From Elusimicrobia bacterium GWB2_63_22 (lineage in GTDB: Bacteria > Elusimicrobiota > Elusimicrobia > Elusimicrobiales > UBA9959): 64,000 nucleotides of DNA. The notes beneath the pieces are model-generated. The model had not been told where the DNA came from, ran no database searches, and worked only from the letters and a program-made list of their open reading frames with translations. Positions within the stretch are counted from its first letter, which is position 1; each line of letters opens with the position of its first letter. The stretch is from positions 7,572-71,571 of the forward strand of contig MGUA01000020.1 in the NCBI GenBank assembly GCA_001799735.1. Reading direction: 5' to 3'. This document shows positions 1-9,088 of this stretch, piece by piece. A program made the translations under genes and the position numbers.

Positions 1-542
1 AGGGCGGGGTCGAAGCTCTGCACGCCGATGGCCAGCCATTCCACTCCGGCGGACTTCAGGAAGGCCAGCTTCTCCGGGTCCAGCGTATTGGGGCTGGCTT
101 CGAAAGCTATGCGGGTCTTGGGCGTGACCTTGAAATACGCGCGCAGCATTTTAAACATCCGGTCCAGCTGGGCTATGGTCAGCAGGCTGGGCGTGCCGCC
201 GCCTATGCAGAGGAACCTGAGCGGGCGGCCTTTGAAGAGCGGCCCCAGGATCTTTATTTCTTTCTCCAGCGCGTCCAGGAAGCGGTCGATGGCACCGGGC
301 GCGGCCGGGAGTTTATAGAAACCGCAGAAGCGGCAGAGGGTTTCGCAGAAAGGCACGTGCACGTAGACCACCGGCCTGCGGCCGCCGTCGGAACGGAGCG
401 ACCGGCGCCAGGCCGCCACTATTTTCTCCGTGCCGCGCAGCTCGGGCCAGGCCGCCATGGGCGGATAATTGGGCGGGGCCTCCGGCAGGGAGTCCCTGTC
501 GGCGCAGGCCAGCAGCCGCTCTATGTCCATGGCGGCTTTCAT
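1..542 (-). CDS. HemN-like (coproporphyrinogen-III-oxidase family, class C type) radical SAM protein; C-terminal part lies beyond the window edge
   Basis: Hand translation of the minus strand from ATG 542..540 gives MKAAMDIERLL...VVYVHVPFCETLCRFCGFYK...FLCIGGGTPSLL...WLAIGVQSFDP. This has CxxxCxxC in the HemN-type context plus GGGTPS and GVQS motifs. It is absent from the ORF track because no stop lies in the window. ATGA start/stop overlap with the upstream gene at 539..542. Confidence 0.75.
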   Translation of the reverse strand, partial: MKAAMDIERLLACADRDSLPEAPPNYPPMAAWPELRGTEKIVAAWRRSLRSDGGRRPVVYVHVPFCETLCRFCGFYKLPAAPGAIDRFLDALEKEIKILGPLFKGRPLRFLCIGGGTPSLLTIAQLDRMFKMLRAYFKVTPKTRIAFEASPNTLDPEKLAFLKSAGVEWLAIGVQSFDPA

Positions 543-1930
543 TGATAACCCTCCGCCCAGCCTTCCAGCATTTTGCGCGCCGCCGGCTCTTTTAGTTTTG
601 CGAGCAGCAGGTCCGACACGCCCATGAAGACCCGGCAGCGGCCGTTGGTCATCATGTCGCCCCAGAAACCGCCCTGCGCCGCGTGGTTATAGACCGGAGA
701 GACCCGGCACCAGGCGCTGTGCGGGCAGCGCGCGCAGCGCGGCTGCGTCAGCCGCGGGAAACAGGAAAGGATCAGAGTCCTGCCCAGCGGGGAGGAGGCC
801 AACCGGCAGAAGGAGTCCTCCACCGAGCCCAGCCTGAAGAATTCGTTGCCGCCGGCGGCCAGCAGGCGAGCCTCGTCGGAACCGTAGACGGAGCCGTCGG
901 GCCCATAGGCCAGGCGGTACAGCAGGTCCAGGTTCTGGTAGCGCGGGCGTTCGCCGCCCACCATCTGCTTGAGGAACATCAGCGCGCCCTTCTCATACAC
1001 CGCCACGCCCCTGCGGTTCAGGCGCAGCATATACTCCAGGGCTTCGGCGTAGAAAGCGAGGAATTCTTCCGGGGTCACGGCCAGGCCCGCGCGGGCGGCG
1101 CGGCCGATAGGCTCCAGCGGTCCCAGCTGCACGCGCTTGATGCCGCGCTTTAAAAATTCGTCCACTATCGCCTTCGGCTGCGACAGGGAATATTTAGTGA
1201 CGGTGCAGATGGCGTTAAGAGGTTCCAGCTCCCCGGCCGCCGCGAGCTTCTGTACCAGGGCTATGCCGCGGACGGCGGCGGCGTGGCTGGAGCCGCCGGA
1301 ATACTTGCGGCCGCTGTCGTGGATGGCCGCGGGGCCGTCGAGCGAGGTGCATAAGGTCACCTTGTTCGCCGCCAGGTAGGCCAGTTTTTCGGCCGTAAGG
1401 CCGGCCAGGTTGGAGACCATGGAGAAATGCAGGCTCTGTCCCCCCCGCGCCGCGAGCCGTTTGGCCTCGCCTATCATGTACTGCACCACGCCGAAATTGC
1501 GCAGCGGCTCTCCGCCCTGGAATTCTATCACCAGTTCAGGGGCGCCCGTGCTGAAGATGAAATTGAGCGTCTTCTTAGCCGTCGCGCGGGTCATGTGGGA
1601 GCCGCCGGAGCCGGACGAGGCACCGCAATAAAGGCAGGCGTGGTCGCAGTCGGCCGTCACGGCTACGATATGCACCCTGGGGCCTTTCCAATCGGCCAGC
1701 AGGGCCGCGAAATGCCGCGGCAGCAGCCTGGCGAAATCCAGCCGGCCGGAGAAAAAGCCTTTCTCCTCCAACCCCTTGCGCAAGGCCGGCGGCAGGGCCG
1801 CGCCGCGGGCGAAACGGGACAGCTCAGCGGCGCTCAGCTCCGTGGTCATGGACAGATCATTGGACAGCAGCCTGCCTCCGCCGCGGCGGGCGAAGTTGAA
1901 CTCCATGGGGCGGTCGTCCCTCTTCGCCAT
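539..1930 (-). CDS. Radical SAM / SPASM-type maturase, HxsB-like; paralog of 20692..22146
   Basis: 463 aa with CDHACLYC (CxxxCxxC), IEFQGGEPL, and a C-terminal Cys block (CARCPHSAWC..., CRVFMG). Alignable by eye over most of its length with the 484-aa protein at 20692..22146 (IEFQGGEPL, CTSLDGPA, GGSSHAA vs GGNSHAA, LNRRG). Confidence 0.8.
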   Translation of the reverse strand: MAKRDDRPMEFNFARRGGGRLLSNDLSMTTELSAAELSRFARGAALPPALRKGLEEKGFFSGRLDFARLLPRHFAALLADWKGPRVHIVAVTADCDHACLYCGASSGSGGSHMTRATAKKTLNFIFSTGAPELVIEFQGGEPLRNFGVVQYMIGEAKRLAARGGQSLHFSMVSNLAGLTAEKLAYLAANKVTLCTSLDGPAAIHDSGRKYSGGSSHAAAVRGIALVQKLAAAGELEPLNAICTVTKYSLSQPKAIVDEFLKRGIKRVQLGPLEPIGRAARAGLAVTPEEFLAFYAEALEYMLRLNRRGVAVYEKGALMFLKQMVGGERPRYQNLDLLYRLAYGPDGSVYGSDEARLLAAGGNEFFRLGSVEDSFCRLASSPLGRTLILSCFPRLTQPRCARCPHSAWCRVSPVYNHAAQGGFWGDMMTNGRCRVFMGVSDLLLAKLKEPAARKMLEGWAEGYQ

Positions 1931-3012
1931 CAGATGTAACCCTTCTTAAAAAGTTTTATCAGGCGCTTCAGGTAGGCCTTCATGGCCGGCTCGGCGGCGG
2001 ACCTGCGCACCAGCTCCGCCGCGGCGGCGCGGCAGACTTCCGTGCGCAGGGCGTGGGCGCGGCTGCCGTCGGCCAGGCCGGGCAGGCGGTAATAGGAGCG
2101 GGCGCAGGCCAGGCAGCGGCGGGAACCGGCGGCAGGAGCGCAGGCGGCGTATTTTTTAGCCACCCCCCCATCAGCCGTGCCGATGGCCGCGGCCCTGCGC
2201 TCGGCGGCAGTGCGCAGGAAAGGGTAAGGGTAGAAGGAGAGGGTGCCGTCGGGGAAGAGTTCCAGGTCGCGCAGGAAAGGGCAGAAGGTGCTCTTGAATT
2301 CTTTGTCCCTGAGGAATTCCAGCAGCGGCTCCAGCACCACCGGGGATTTGTCCCCCGCGTGCGCCAGGGTGTAGGCGGCTATCTTTTTCATGCCGGCTTC
2401 GAAAGCTTTATAGTCGGCGGCCCGCCAGGGGAAACCGTGCACGCATTCTATGCCGATATTTCGGAAGCCGTCCTCCGCCAGCCGCAGGAAATCCTGGTAG
2501 GCGGCCGCGGCGCGCCGCGGGTGCACGCAGAGTATGACGTGCAGACCCTCGCCCAGCTTTGAGAGGAACATCGGGATCTTGGCCTCCACGGCGGCGTGGG
2601 AGCCTTTCCCGGAAATAAATTTGCGCGACAGGTCGTGGCTGCGGCCGCTGCCGGAGAAGCTCACGGCGAAACGGACGCCGCGGGCGGCCAGCCAGTCCAG
2701 CTGCTCGGCGCCGGCCAGCACGCCGTTGCTGGCCACGGAGACGGCGAGGGTCTTGCCGAGTTTTCTGGCGAGTGAGCGGGCGGCGGTGATGATGGTTTTG
2801 ACCAGTTCGAATTCCATCAGGGGCTCGCCGCCGTAGATCTCGAGGGTCTTGGTCCGGCCGGGGGAGCGCAGGAAGGTCTCCACGGCCTTCAGGGCGGAGG
2901 GAGCGGGGATGGTCTCGACCCGGCTCTTGTCGATAAAGCAATGCGTGCACCGCAGGCAGCAGCCCGAGGTGACGGCTATCTTGAACTTCAGTATTTCCTT
3001 GTTGAACTTCAT
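1930..3012 (-). CDS. Radical SAM protein, HxsC-like by size and pairing with the HxsB-like gene
   Basis: 360 aa with GCCLRCTHC cluster motif, IYGGEPL, and C-terminal Cys residues (FCPF..., CLAC). Its stop overlaps the downstream start by 1 nt (TGATG at 1928..1932). The HxsC assignment is positional, not verified. Confidence 0.7.
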   Translation of the reverse strand: MKFNKEILKFKIAVTSGCCLRCTHCFIDKSRVETIPAPSALKAVETFLRSPGRTKTLEIYGGEPLMEFELVKTIITAARSLARKLGKTLAVSVASNGVLAGAEQLDWLAARGVRFAVSFSGSGRSHDLSRKFISGKGSHAAVEAKIPMFLSKLGEGLHVILCVHPRRAAAAYQDFLRLAEDGFRNIGIECVHGFPWRAADYKAFEAGMKKIAAYTLAHAGDKSPVVLEPLLEFLRDKEFKSTFCPFLRDLELFPDGTLSFYPYPFLRTAAERRAAAIGTADGGVAKKYAACAPAAGSRRCLACARSYYRLPGLADGSRAHALRTEVCRAAAAELVRRSAAEPAMKAYLKRLIKLFKKGYI

Positions 3013-3040
3013 CGTTATTTCAGTTTCCGGTCATCGCTGC

Positions 3041-3169
3041 GCCGCCACCGGGGCAGGAACGCAAAAACGTGGTCTCGCACACCGTGCTCGCCACTCCCCG
3101 TCTCGGCCCTCGCGCTTACGCAAGCTCGGGCCTCCGACAGGGTTTTGCTAACCCTGCCCCGGCGTCGGC
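3041..3169. repeat. Possible degenerate, shorter third copy of the palindromic intergenic element seen at 30505 and 41613
   Basis: Flanking inverted repeat: ccggggcagg (3048..3057) pairs with cctgccccgg (3153..3162), extendable to 15/17. Inner segments tcgcacaccgtgctcgc and tctcggcc resemble ctcggcacacagtgcctcgc and tctcggcc of the full copies. The similarity is weak. It overlaps the 3' end of CDS 3116..4180. Confidence 0.3.
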
Positions 3170-4180
3170 ACGAAGCCCCTTCTTCTTAAGTAAAACCTGA
3201 GCCCTCTTCAAGCGGTTGTGGGAGGGCACCAGCGGGAAGGGGACGGCTGGTTTACGGACGGGGCGGAATTCGCTGCCGCCGAACAGGTCCGAGTACCATT
3301 TCTCGAAGCCCATGCAGCGCGCGTTGTAGATACAGGCCTCGCAGCCCTTGTTCTTGAGGCAGAGGCGCTCTTTGAGGCCGTGGATGCGGTCCTCGCGGCC
3401 GTCGATATGGAACAGCGGCTCGTCCTTCGTCCCGGCCGGGCGCTCCCATTCGGCCATCAGGTGGACGGCCTCCGGGAGATTGCAGGGCGTAAAATTCACC
3501 AGCACCGTGTCCTCTATCGCCGCGCCGGAATCCTTGAGATAGGCCAGCGCCTCGCGCACATAAGGCACGGCCTGGGTCACGCTCACCTTCAGCTCGGAGG
3601 CCCGCGCGGCCATCATGCCGTTGTAATGCGGGAAGATCACGTTAAAATCTTCTATGCCGAAGCGCCCGCTGATGATCTCCAGCAGGGGCTTGAGCTTTTT
3701 ATAGTTTCTCTTGTTGAGCGCGTGGTTGACGGAGATCTCGGCGCCCAGGCGCGTGAGGTTGTCGAAGGCCTTCATCACTTTTTTAAAGGCGCCCGGCACG
3801 CCGACCAGGGCGTCGTGGGTGGCGGCGTCGGGGCCGTGCACCGAGACGCGGAAAATGTTGGCCCCGGCCTCCACCAGCTCCCTGGCGTAGGCGGGGTCGG
3901 CCAGCTTGAGGCCGTTGCTCATCACCTGCACGTAGGGGTAGCCCATGTCGCGAGCTATCCGCACTATCTTGGGCAGGTCGGGGCGCATGGTGATCTCGCC
4001 GCCTATCAGGTAGGCGACCCAGCATTTTTCCCGGCGGCCCTTGTACAGCGCCTCGGCGGCCTTGGCAAAAGGCATGCGCTCCGCCACCTGGTTCAGCACC
4101 GCTTCCGGGTGGTAGCAGAACCTGCATTTAGCGTTGCAGTCGTAGTTCAGTATGACTTCGCAGTTGCGCGGTTTTATCAT
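3116..4180 (-). CDS. Radical SAM protein with C-terminal twitch/SPASM-like CxxCx5CxG motif; tandem paralog of 4177..5247
   Basis: 354 aa with CNAKCRFC, LIGGEITMRPD, and C-terminal CEACIYNARCMG. It carries a ~30-aa C-terminal extension relative to its paralog, and that extension is encoded by the repeat-like sequence at 3116..3200. Confidence 0.8.
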   Translation of the reverse strand: MIKPRNCEVILNYDCNAKCRFCYHPEAVLNQVAERMPFAKAAEALYKGRREKCWVAYLIGGEITMRPDLPKIVRIARDMGYPYVQVMSNGLKLADPAYARELVEAGANIFRVSVHGPDAATHDALVGVPGAFKKVMKAFDNLTRLGAEISVNHALNKRNYKKLKPLLEIISGRFGIEDFNVIFPHYNGMMAARASELKVSVTQAVPYVREALAYLKDSGAAIEDTVLVNFTPCNLPEAVHLMAEWERPAGTKDEPLFHIDGREDRIHGLKERLCLKNKGCEACIYNARCMGFEKWYSDLFGGSEFRPVRKPAVPFPLVPSHNRLKRAQVLLKKKGLRADAGAGLAKPCRRPELA

Positions 4181-5247
4181 ATCTCAAAAAGGGTCTTAAC
4201 CGCGAAAGAGCGCGGGGCCCTGGCCAGCGGCTTGAACTCCCTGCCGCCGGCGAGCTTTATGTACTCGGCGTCGAAGCCGCGGCAGCGCCGGTCCAGCGCG
4301 CAGCGCGCGCAGCTGGCAGGCTTGCAGCTCTGCAGGTTCTTCATCTCGGCCATGTTCACCACGGCCCCGTCGGCCGGCATCAGGGGGTCGCCTTCGGAGA
4401 TATCGGATTCCCAGTCGGCCAGCAGGTTCATATGGCGCGGCAGCAGGCAGGGGGTGAAGTTGACCAGCACGCGGTTGAGCGCGGGCACGCCGGACTTTTT
4501 AAAGACTTCCATCCCTTTGACTATATAGGGCAGGGTTTTAGAAATATTCACGCGCAGCAGTTTTTCATTGCAGGCCATCACGCCGCGGTAATGCCCGTAG
4601 ATGATGTTGAAGTAGTTTACGCCCAGGCCGTTATAGGCAAAGTCCATAAACTTCGGAAAATGTTTATAGTTCAGCGCGTTGACCACCAGGTTAGTGCCGG
4701 TCTCGCGGCCCAGCTCCCGCACATTGCGCATGGCCCGCACGGCCTTGTCGAAAGCGCCCGGCACGCCCACCAGCCGGTCATGCAGCGCCGCGTTGTGCCC
4801 GTGCAGGGACACGTCGAACATGTTGAAACCGGCGGCCGCCATCCGTTTGGCGTAGGCCGGGTCGGCCAGGCGCGCGCCATTGGTGCAGAGCTTTATGCAG
4901 GAGTAGCCGGCCTTCCGGGCGAAGGAGGCGACCTTGTCGATATCGCCGCGCAGCGTCGGTTCCCCGCCGATCACGGCGGCTATCCAGCAGCCCTGCCGGC
5001 GGCCCGTGTAGAGGGCCTTGAAGATCTCCTCCAGCGAGGGCTCCGGGCCGTTCGCGAAGGAGCCCGGTTCGGCGTAGCAGAACAGGCAGCGGTTATTGCA
5101 GGCGGAATTTACGGTAACCTCGCAGACCCGGGCTTTAAGGCTGACGGGCCAGCGTATATTGGCGAGGCGCGCCGCGAGGACGGCCTTGTTCAGGCCGGGC
5201 GTTCTGCCGGTCGCGAACCTTATGTTCTTTTCAAGCAATGAGTTCAT
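4177..5247 (-). CDS. Radical SAM protein with C-terminal twitch/SPASM-like motif; tandem paralog of 3116..4180
   Basis: 356 aa with CNNRCLFC, VIGGEPTLRGD, and C-terminal CARCALDRRCRG. ATGA overlap with the downstream paralog (4177..4180). Clearly alignable with 3116..4180 (SLHG/SVHG, LVGVPGAF, VNFTPC). Confidence 0.8.
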   Translation of the reverse strand: MNSLLEKNIRFATGRTPGLNKAVLAARLANIRWPVSLKARVCEVTVNSACNNRCLFCYAEPGSFANGPEPSLEEIFKALYTGRRQGCWIAAVIGGEPTLRGDIDKVASFARKAGYSCIKLCTNGARLADPAYAKRMAAAGFNMFDVSLHGHNAALHDRLVGVPGAFDKAVRAMRNVRELGRETGTNLVVNALNYKHFPKFMDFAYNGLGVNYFNIIYGHYRGVMACNEKLLRVNISKTLPYIVKGMEVFKKSGVPALNRVLVNFTPCLLPRHMNLLADWESDISEGDPLMPADGAVVNMAEMKNLQSCKPASCARCALDRRCRGFDAEYIKLAGGREFKPLARAPRSFAVKTLFEI

Positions 5248-5320
5248 TCAAGACAAAGCCAACTTTCCCGGCGTTTACGGGTGCCGGGATATTATTATTA
5301 TATAATTAAAGCCTGAAATT

Positions 5321-6676
5321 ATGGCGGAACTCTCGGAACAGGCTTTTGACGCCTTCCTGGCGGCCCTGCGGCGCCTGGATTACACCGGCTATGCCGAGCA
5401 ACACCCGCCTTTCGGCAGCTGGCAGGATTTCGGCCGCCAGGGCGCCGGCATAAAGGCCGCCTGGGGGCGCAGCCTGGGGCTCACAAAAGAGGCCGGGCTG
5501 TTCGTCAACGTGCCGTTCTGCCGCGCCCGCTGCCGCTTCTGCTTCCTGCCGGTCACGGCCATCGGCTCTTCCGGCGAAAAGAGGACCGCCTCTTTCAGGC
5601 GCTATCTTTCCGCGCTGGACAAGGAAGCCGCCCTCTACGCCCCGCTTTTCAAGAACGTCCGTTTTTCCACTCTCTACATCGGCGGCGGCACGCCGTCCAT
5701 GATGACGCCGGCCGAGACCCGTGAGTTCTTTGCCCTGCTGCGCCGGCGCTTCAAGGTGTCGCGCAGCGCGCAGACCGTACTGGAGCTGCACCCCGACGAC
5801 GTGACGGAAGAAAAACTTTCGGCCTACACGGACTGCGGCGTCAGCCGGGTCTGCATCGGCGTGCAGTCCATGGACGCGGAAGTCCTCAACGCGAACTCCC
5901 GGCGGCAGGGCCTGGCCCAGGTGGCCGCCGCGCACGCCGCGCTGAAGGCCCGCGGCATCGGCGTCAACATCGACCTCATCTGCGGCCTGCCCGGCCAGGA
6001 CCGCGCCAGCTTCCTCTCCGGCCTGAAGAAGGTCATAAAACTCGGGCCGGACCAGGTGCACCTGAACACTTTCATCAACACCCCGTACACAGTGCACGCC
6101 ATGACCGGCGGCAAGGCCGGCGACGAGCGGGCCGTGGAGGCGCTGCGCGCCCAAGGCTTCCGGCTGCTGGCCCGCGCCGGCTACCTAAAGATAGATTCCG
6201 ATTCGATGGGCCGCACGAAAGAGTCCCGCAACAGGCAGACCACGGACCTGAGCGGCAGGCGCTCGGTACTGGGCCTCGGGCCCGGCGCCGTCTCGCGCGC
6301 TTTCGGCGCGGCGCGCTACATTAACCGCGCGGGCTGGGACGGCTGGCTGGCGCGGGCCGGCTCCGGCCTTTGCCCGGCCGACAGGGGCGTTTTCTGCGGC
6401 CCCGAAGACGAGATGATCTACTCGGCCCTGACAAAGTTCACCGACGAGCAGGCCATGGACCTGGCCTGGTTCCGCCGCGTCCACAAGGCCGATTTCCTGA
6501 AAGTCTTCGCGCCCGAAGCGGCCGCGCTTAAAACCGCCGGCGCAAAACTGTCCGGCGGCAAATTCAGGCTCCCGCATAATATGTGGGGGCTGGTGCGGCG
6601 CCTCTTCTACCGCCCAGACGTTATCGCCCGCGGCCTGGCCAACCTGAAAAGGGTCCGGCGTCCGGGCCCGCGCTGA
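5321..6676 (+). CDS. HemN-like (class C type) radical SAM protein
   Basis: 451 aa with FVNVPFCRARCRFCF, YIGGGTPS, RVCIGVQS and NIDLICGLPGQ. These are hallmark motifs of the oxygen-independent coproporphyrinogen oxidase / HemN-like family. Divergent from the rSAM operon at 1..5247. Confidence 0.8.
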   Translation: MAELSEQAFDAFLAALRRLDYTGYAEQHPPFGSWQDFGRQGAGIKAAWGRSLGLTKEAGLFVNVPFCRARCRFCFLPVTAIGSSGEKRTASFRRYLSALDKEAALYAPLFKNVRFSTLYIGGGTPSMMTPAETREFFALLRRRFKVSRSAQTVLELHPDDVTEEKLSAYTDCGVSRVCIGVQSMDAEVLNANSRRQGLAQVAAAHAALKARGIGVNIDLICGLPGQDRASFLSGLKKVIKLGPDQVHLNTFINTPYTVHAMTGGKAGDERAVEALRAQGFRLLARAGYLKIDSDSMGRTKESRNRQTTDLSGRRSVLGLGPGAVSRAFGAARYINRAGWDGWLARAGSGLCPADRGVFCGPEDEMIYSALTKFTDEQAMDLAWFRRVHKADFLKVFAPEAAALKTAGAKLSGGKFRLPHNMWGLVRRLFYRPDVIARGLANLKRVRRPGPR

Positions 6677-6696
6677 GCCCCGCGCAAAAATATTTC

Positions 6697-7917
6697 ATGT
6701 CCACGGTAAAAATAAACCAGCTCCTTCTCCGCAGGCTGTCGCCCGGCTCCGGCAACGGCCCGGAGGGGCTCTACGAGCAGGCCGTCACCCGGGGCCACGG
6801 CGGCGACATCCCCGGCATGCGCGCGCTGTTCGCGCGCTTCGCGGTCTCGGCGGGGCGGGACGCAGACCCGGAAAAACTGTTCCGGGCCCTGATGGAACTG
6901 CGCCTGTACGCCAGGGCTTTCGCCGCCGGAGAAAAGCTAGTGCGGCTCAGGGGCTCGGACCGGCTGCCTCTAAAAGACCCTTTCATCGACATTCGCTTCG
7001 CCCCCCCGCCGGGCTATTACGAAGAGCATATCCGTTCCCTGCGCCGGTTCAGGGCAGGCGCTGGGAGCGAGGCGTGGAAGAATTACTATCTGGGAGCGCT
7101 GCACCGCCGGCTTAACCGGCTGGAGGAGGCGCTGGTCTTTTTCAACAAGGCCCGGCCGGCCGGACCTGCCTATGGCTGGATGCGCTTCCAGCGCGGCTGG
7201 ACGCTGCTCAACCTGGGCGGGGATCTGCGGGAGGCGGAGGCCGACCTGCGCGCCGCCGTCCGCGCCGACGGGGCGGACTGGGTGGCGCGCTGCCTGCTCG
7301 GGGAAACCCGCATCTGCGCCGGCCGGAGAGCCGGGGGGCTTAAAGATTTTTCCGCGGCCCTGAAGGCCGCGCCGGCGCACTCGGCCGACATCGCCGCGTG
7401 GCGCGGCCAGATGCGCCTCCTGTACGGCGACTACCGCGGGGCGCTCGGGGACCTCAGGGCGGCCAATAAAAAAAAGAGCGTTTTTTCCTACTGCTGGCTG
7501 GGGGCCGCCTGGCTCTGCCTCGGGAAAACCGGCAAAGCCCTCTCCCTCCTGCGCCAGGCGGTGCGGCTGCTGCCGCGGGACGCCGAAGCCCGGCTCTGGT
7601 ACTGCGAGGCCCTGCGGAGGCTTGGCCGCCGGGGAGCGGCGCTGCGCCAGCTCTCCTTCGCCGGCGACGGCAACTGGACCAGGGCCAACAAGACGCTCCT
7701 GCACGCCCAGGCCGGGCGCTATTCCGAAGCTTTCGGCTGGTACCTGAAACTGGACGGGGAAATAAGGCTGAGGCTGGAAAAAGAAACCGGCCTGAGGCCG
7801 GTGGACGCGCCCGCCCTGGCGGGGCTGATGGAAGCCCTCTTTAAAAAAGCCCTCGGCAACCGCACAGACAAGCGCTACCTCTACACCCGGTGGCTGACGC
7901 CGCCGCCCCGCGCCTGA
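6697..7917 (+). CDS. TPR-repeat protein
   Basis: ORF-track entry 6583..7917, trimmed to the first ATG after the upstream stop (MSTVKINQ..., 38 codons in). Repeated Ala/Leu/Arg-rich helical pairs with TPR-like spacing, e.g. WYCEALRRLGRRGAALRQL and AWLCLGKTGKALSLLRQAVRLLPRDAEA. Confidence 0.6.
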   Translation: MSTVKINQLLLRRLSPGSGNGPEGLYEQAVTRGHGGDIPGMRALFARFAVSAGRDADPEKLFRALMELRLYARAFAAGEKLVRLRGSDRLPLKDPFIDIRFAPPPGYYEEHIRSLRRFRAGAGSEAWKNYYLGALHRRLNRLEEALVFFNKARPAGPAYGWMRFQRGWTLLNLGGDLREAEADLRAAVRADGADWVARCLLGETRICAGRRAGGLKDFSAALKAAPAHSADIAAWRGQMRLLYGDYRGALGDLRAANKKKSVFSYCWLGAAWLCLGKTGKALSLLRQAVRLLPRDAEARLWYCEALRRLGRRGAALRQLSFAGDGNWTRANKTLLHAQAGRYSEAFGWYLKLDGEIRLRLEKETGLRPVDAPALAGLMEALFKKALGNRTDKRYLYTRWLTPPPRA

Positions 7918-7960
7918 ACCGCGGGTAGAACTTCCTCAGCCGCGGTTTTTTCGCTAGAAT

Positions 7961-9088
7961 GTGGGCATGGGGTTCCGGGGGCTACTGCGCACGCTGCTGC
8001 TTTCTTTGCCTATGCTGGCATTGAGCGCCTACCTGCTTACAAGGGGCGTTATTCCTCCGGATTGGCCGCACCGGGCCGCGCTCCTCCTGGTTTTCTTTTT
8101 TTTCAACGCCGCTTTCATAGCGATGATACATACCGGCAAGACGGACCGCTGGCGGGCCCCGCTTTTTATCGCTATCGCCGGCCTGTTCGCCGTCTCCTTC
8201 ATGGGCAACATGCTGGAACTCAACTCCCGGCAGGGCGAATTTGTGGATTTCATCTTCCGGGATAGCGTGCCCATGTGCCCGGTCGTGATCCCGATGATGC
8301 TGATCCCGGCCGCCGTCGGCAAGACCATTATCTGGCCCGGGGCCGTCGCCGGCACCTACGCCGCCGCGGGGCTCATGTTCGTCATCTGGCTGGCCGCTTC
8401 GCTGGGCCTGGGCAAGGCCTGGTGCGGCTGGGGCTGCTTCTTCGGCGGCCTCGACGACGCTTTCTCGCGCCTGCTGCCCAGGGCGCTCCTCGGCACGCCG
8501 GGCTGGCTCAGGGCGCTGCCCTATGCCGTACTCATAGTGTTCGCGCTGCTGACCGCCGCCTCCATGATGCCGGCCTATTGCGGGCTTCTCTGCCCGGTCA
8601 AGGCCGCGACGGAACTGCCGCCGGGAGACTTTGTCAGCGACAAGCTCATGCTCTGGGTGCACCTGGGCATGTTCGGAGCTTTTACCGCGGCGCTGCCGAT
8701 ACTTACCAAGCGCCGCGTCCAATGCGCCTTCATCTGCCCGCTGGGCGCGCTGCAGAACGGCATGGACCGCCTGGCCCCATTCAAGATGCGCGTGGACGCC
8801 GCCCGCTGCACCGCCTGCGGCGCCTGCGCAAAAAACTGTCCGGTCCTGGCGATAAAGCCGGGAACCGCAACCCCGGGCAGCGCCTGCGTCAAGTGCGGGC
8901 GCTGCGCCGATAATTGCCCGGCCGGGGCCATCAGTTTCTCCGTCAAAGGCGCCGTCCACTCCCCCGGTTCAGGGCGGCTGCTCTTTCTTTATCCGGCTTT
9001 TCTTTTTATGACGGGTTTCGGCGGCGGCATCTGCGTCGACGCCGTAGCCAGGCTCATTACCTTCGGCCTGACCGGGAGGCTGTTCTGA
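7961..9088 (+). CDS. Polytopic membrane polyferredoxin (NapH/NosR-like 4Fe-4S binding protein)
   Basis: 375 aa with multiple hydrophobic helices, a CGWGCFFGG motif, CPVKA and CPLGA, plus two classical ferredoxin motifs (CTACGACAKNCP and CVKCGRCADNCP). The start is either GTG 7961 or ATG 7967. Confidence 0.75.
   Translation: MGMGFRGLLRTLLLSLPMLALSAYLLTRGVIPPDWPHRAALLLVFFFFNAAFIAMIHTGKTDRWRAPLFIAIAGLFAVSFMGNMLELNSRQGEFVDFIFRDSVPMCPVVIPMMLIPAAVGKTIIWPGAVAGTYAAAGLMFVIWLAASLGLGKAWCGWGCFFGGLDDAFSRLLPRALLGTPGWLRALPYAVLIVFALLTAASMMPAYCGLLCPVKAATELPPGDFVSDKLMLWVHLGMFGAFTAALPILTKRRVQCAFICPLGALQNGMDRLAPFKMRVDAARCTACGACAKNCPVLAIKPGTATPGSACVKCGRCADNCPAGAISFSVKGAVHSPGSGRLLFLYPAFLFMTGFGGGICVDAVARLITFGLTGRLF

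Noticed and set aside
3218-4528. 436-aa plus-strand ORF, and similar plus-strand ORFs at 4432..5241, 1427..1939 and 2053..2562
   Set aside because: Antisense to radical SAM genes that carry CxxxCxxC and GGEP motifs on the minus strand.
6583-6696. 38-codon N-terminal extension of the TPR ORF
   Set aside because: It overlaps the 3' end of the HemN-like gene in another frame. The first ATG after that stop (6697) is the more parsimonious start.
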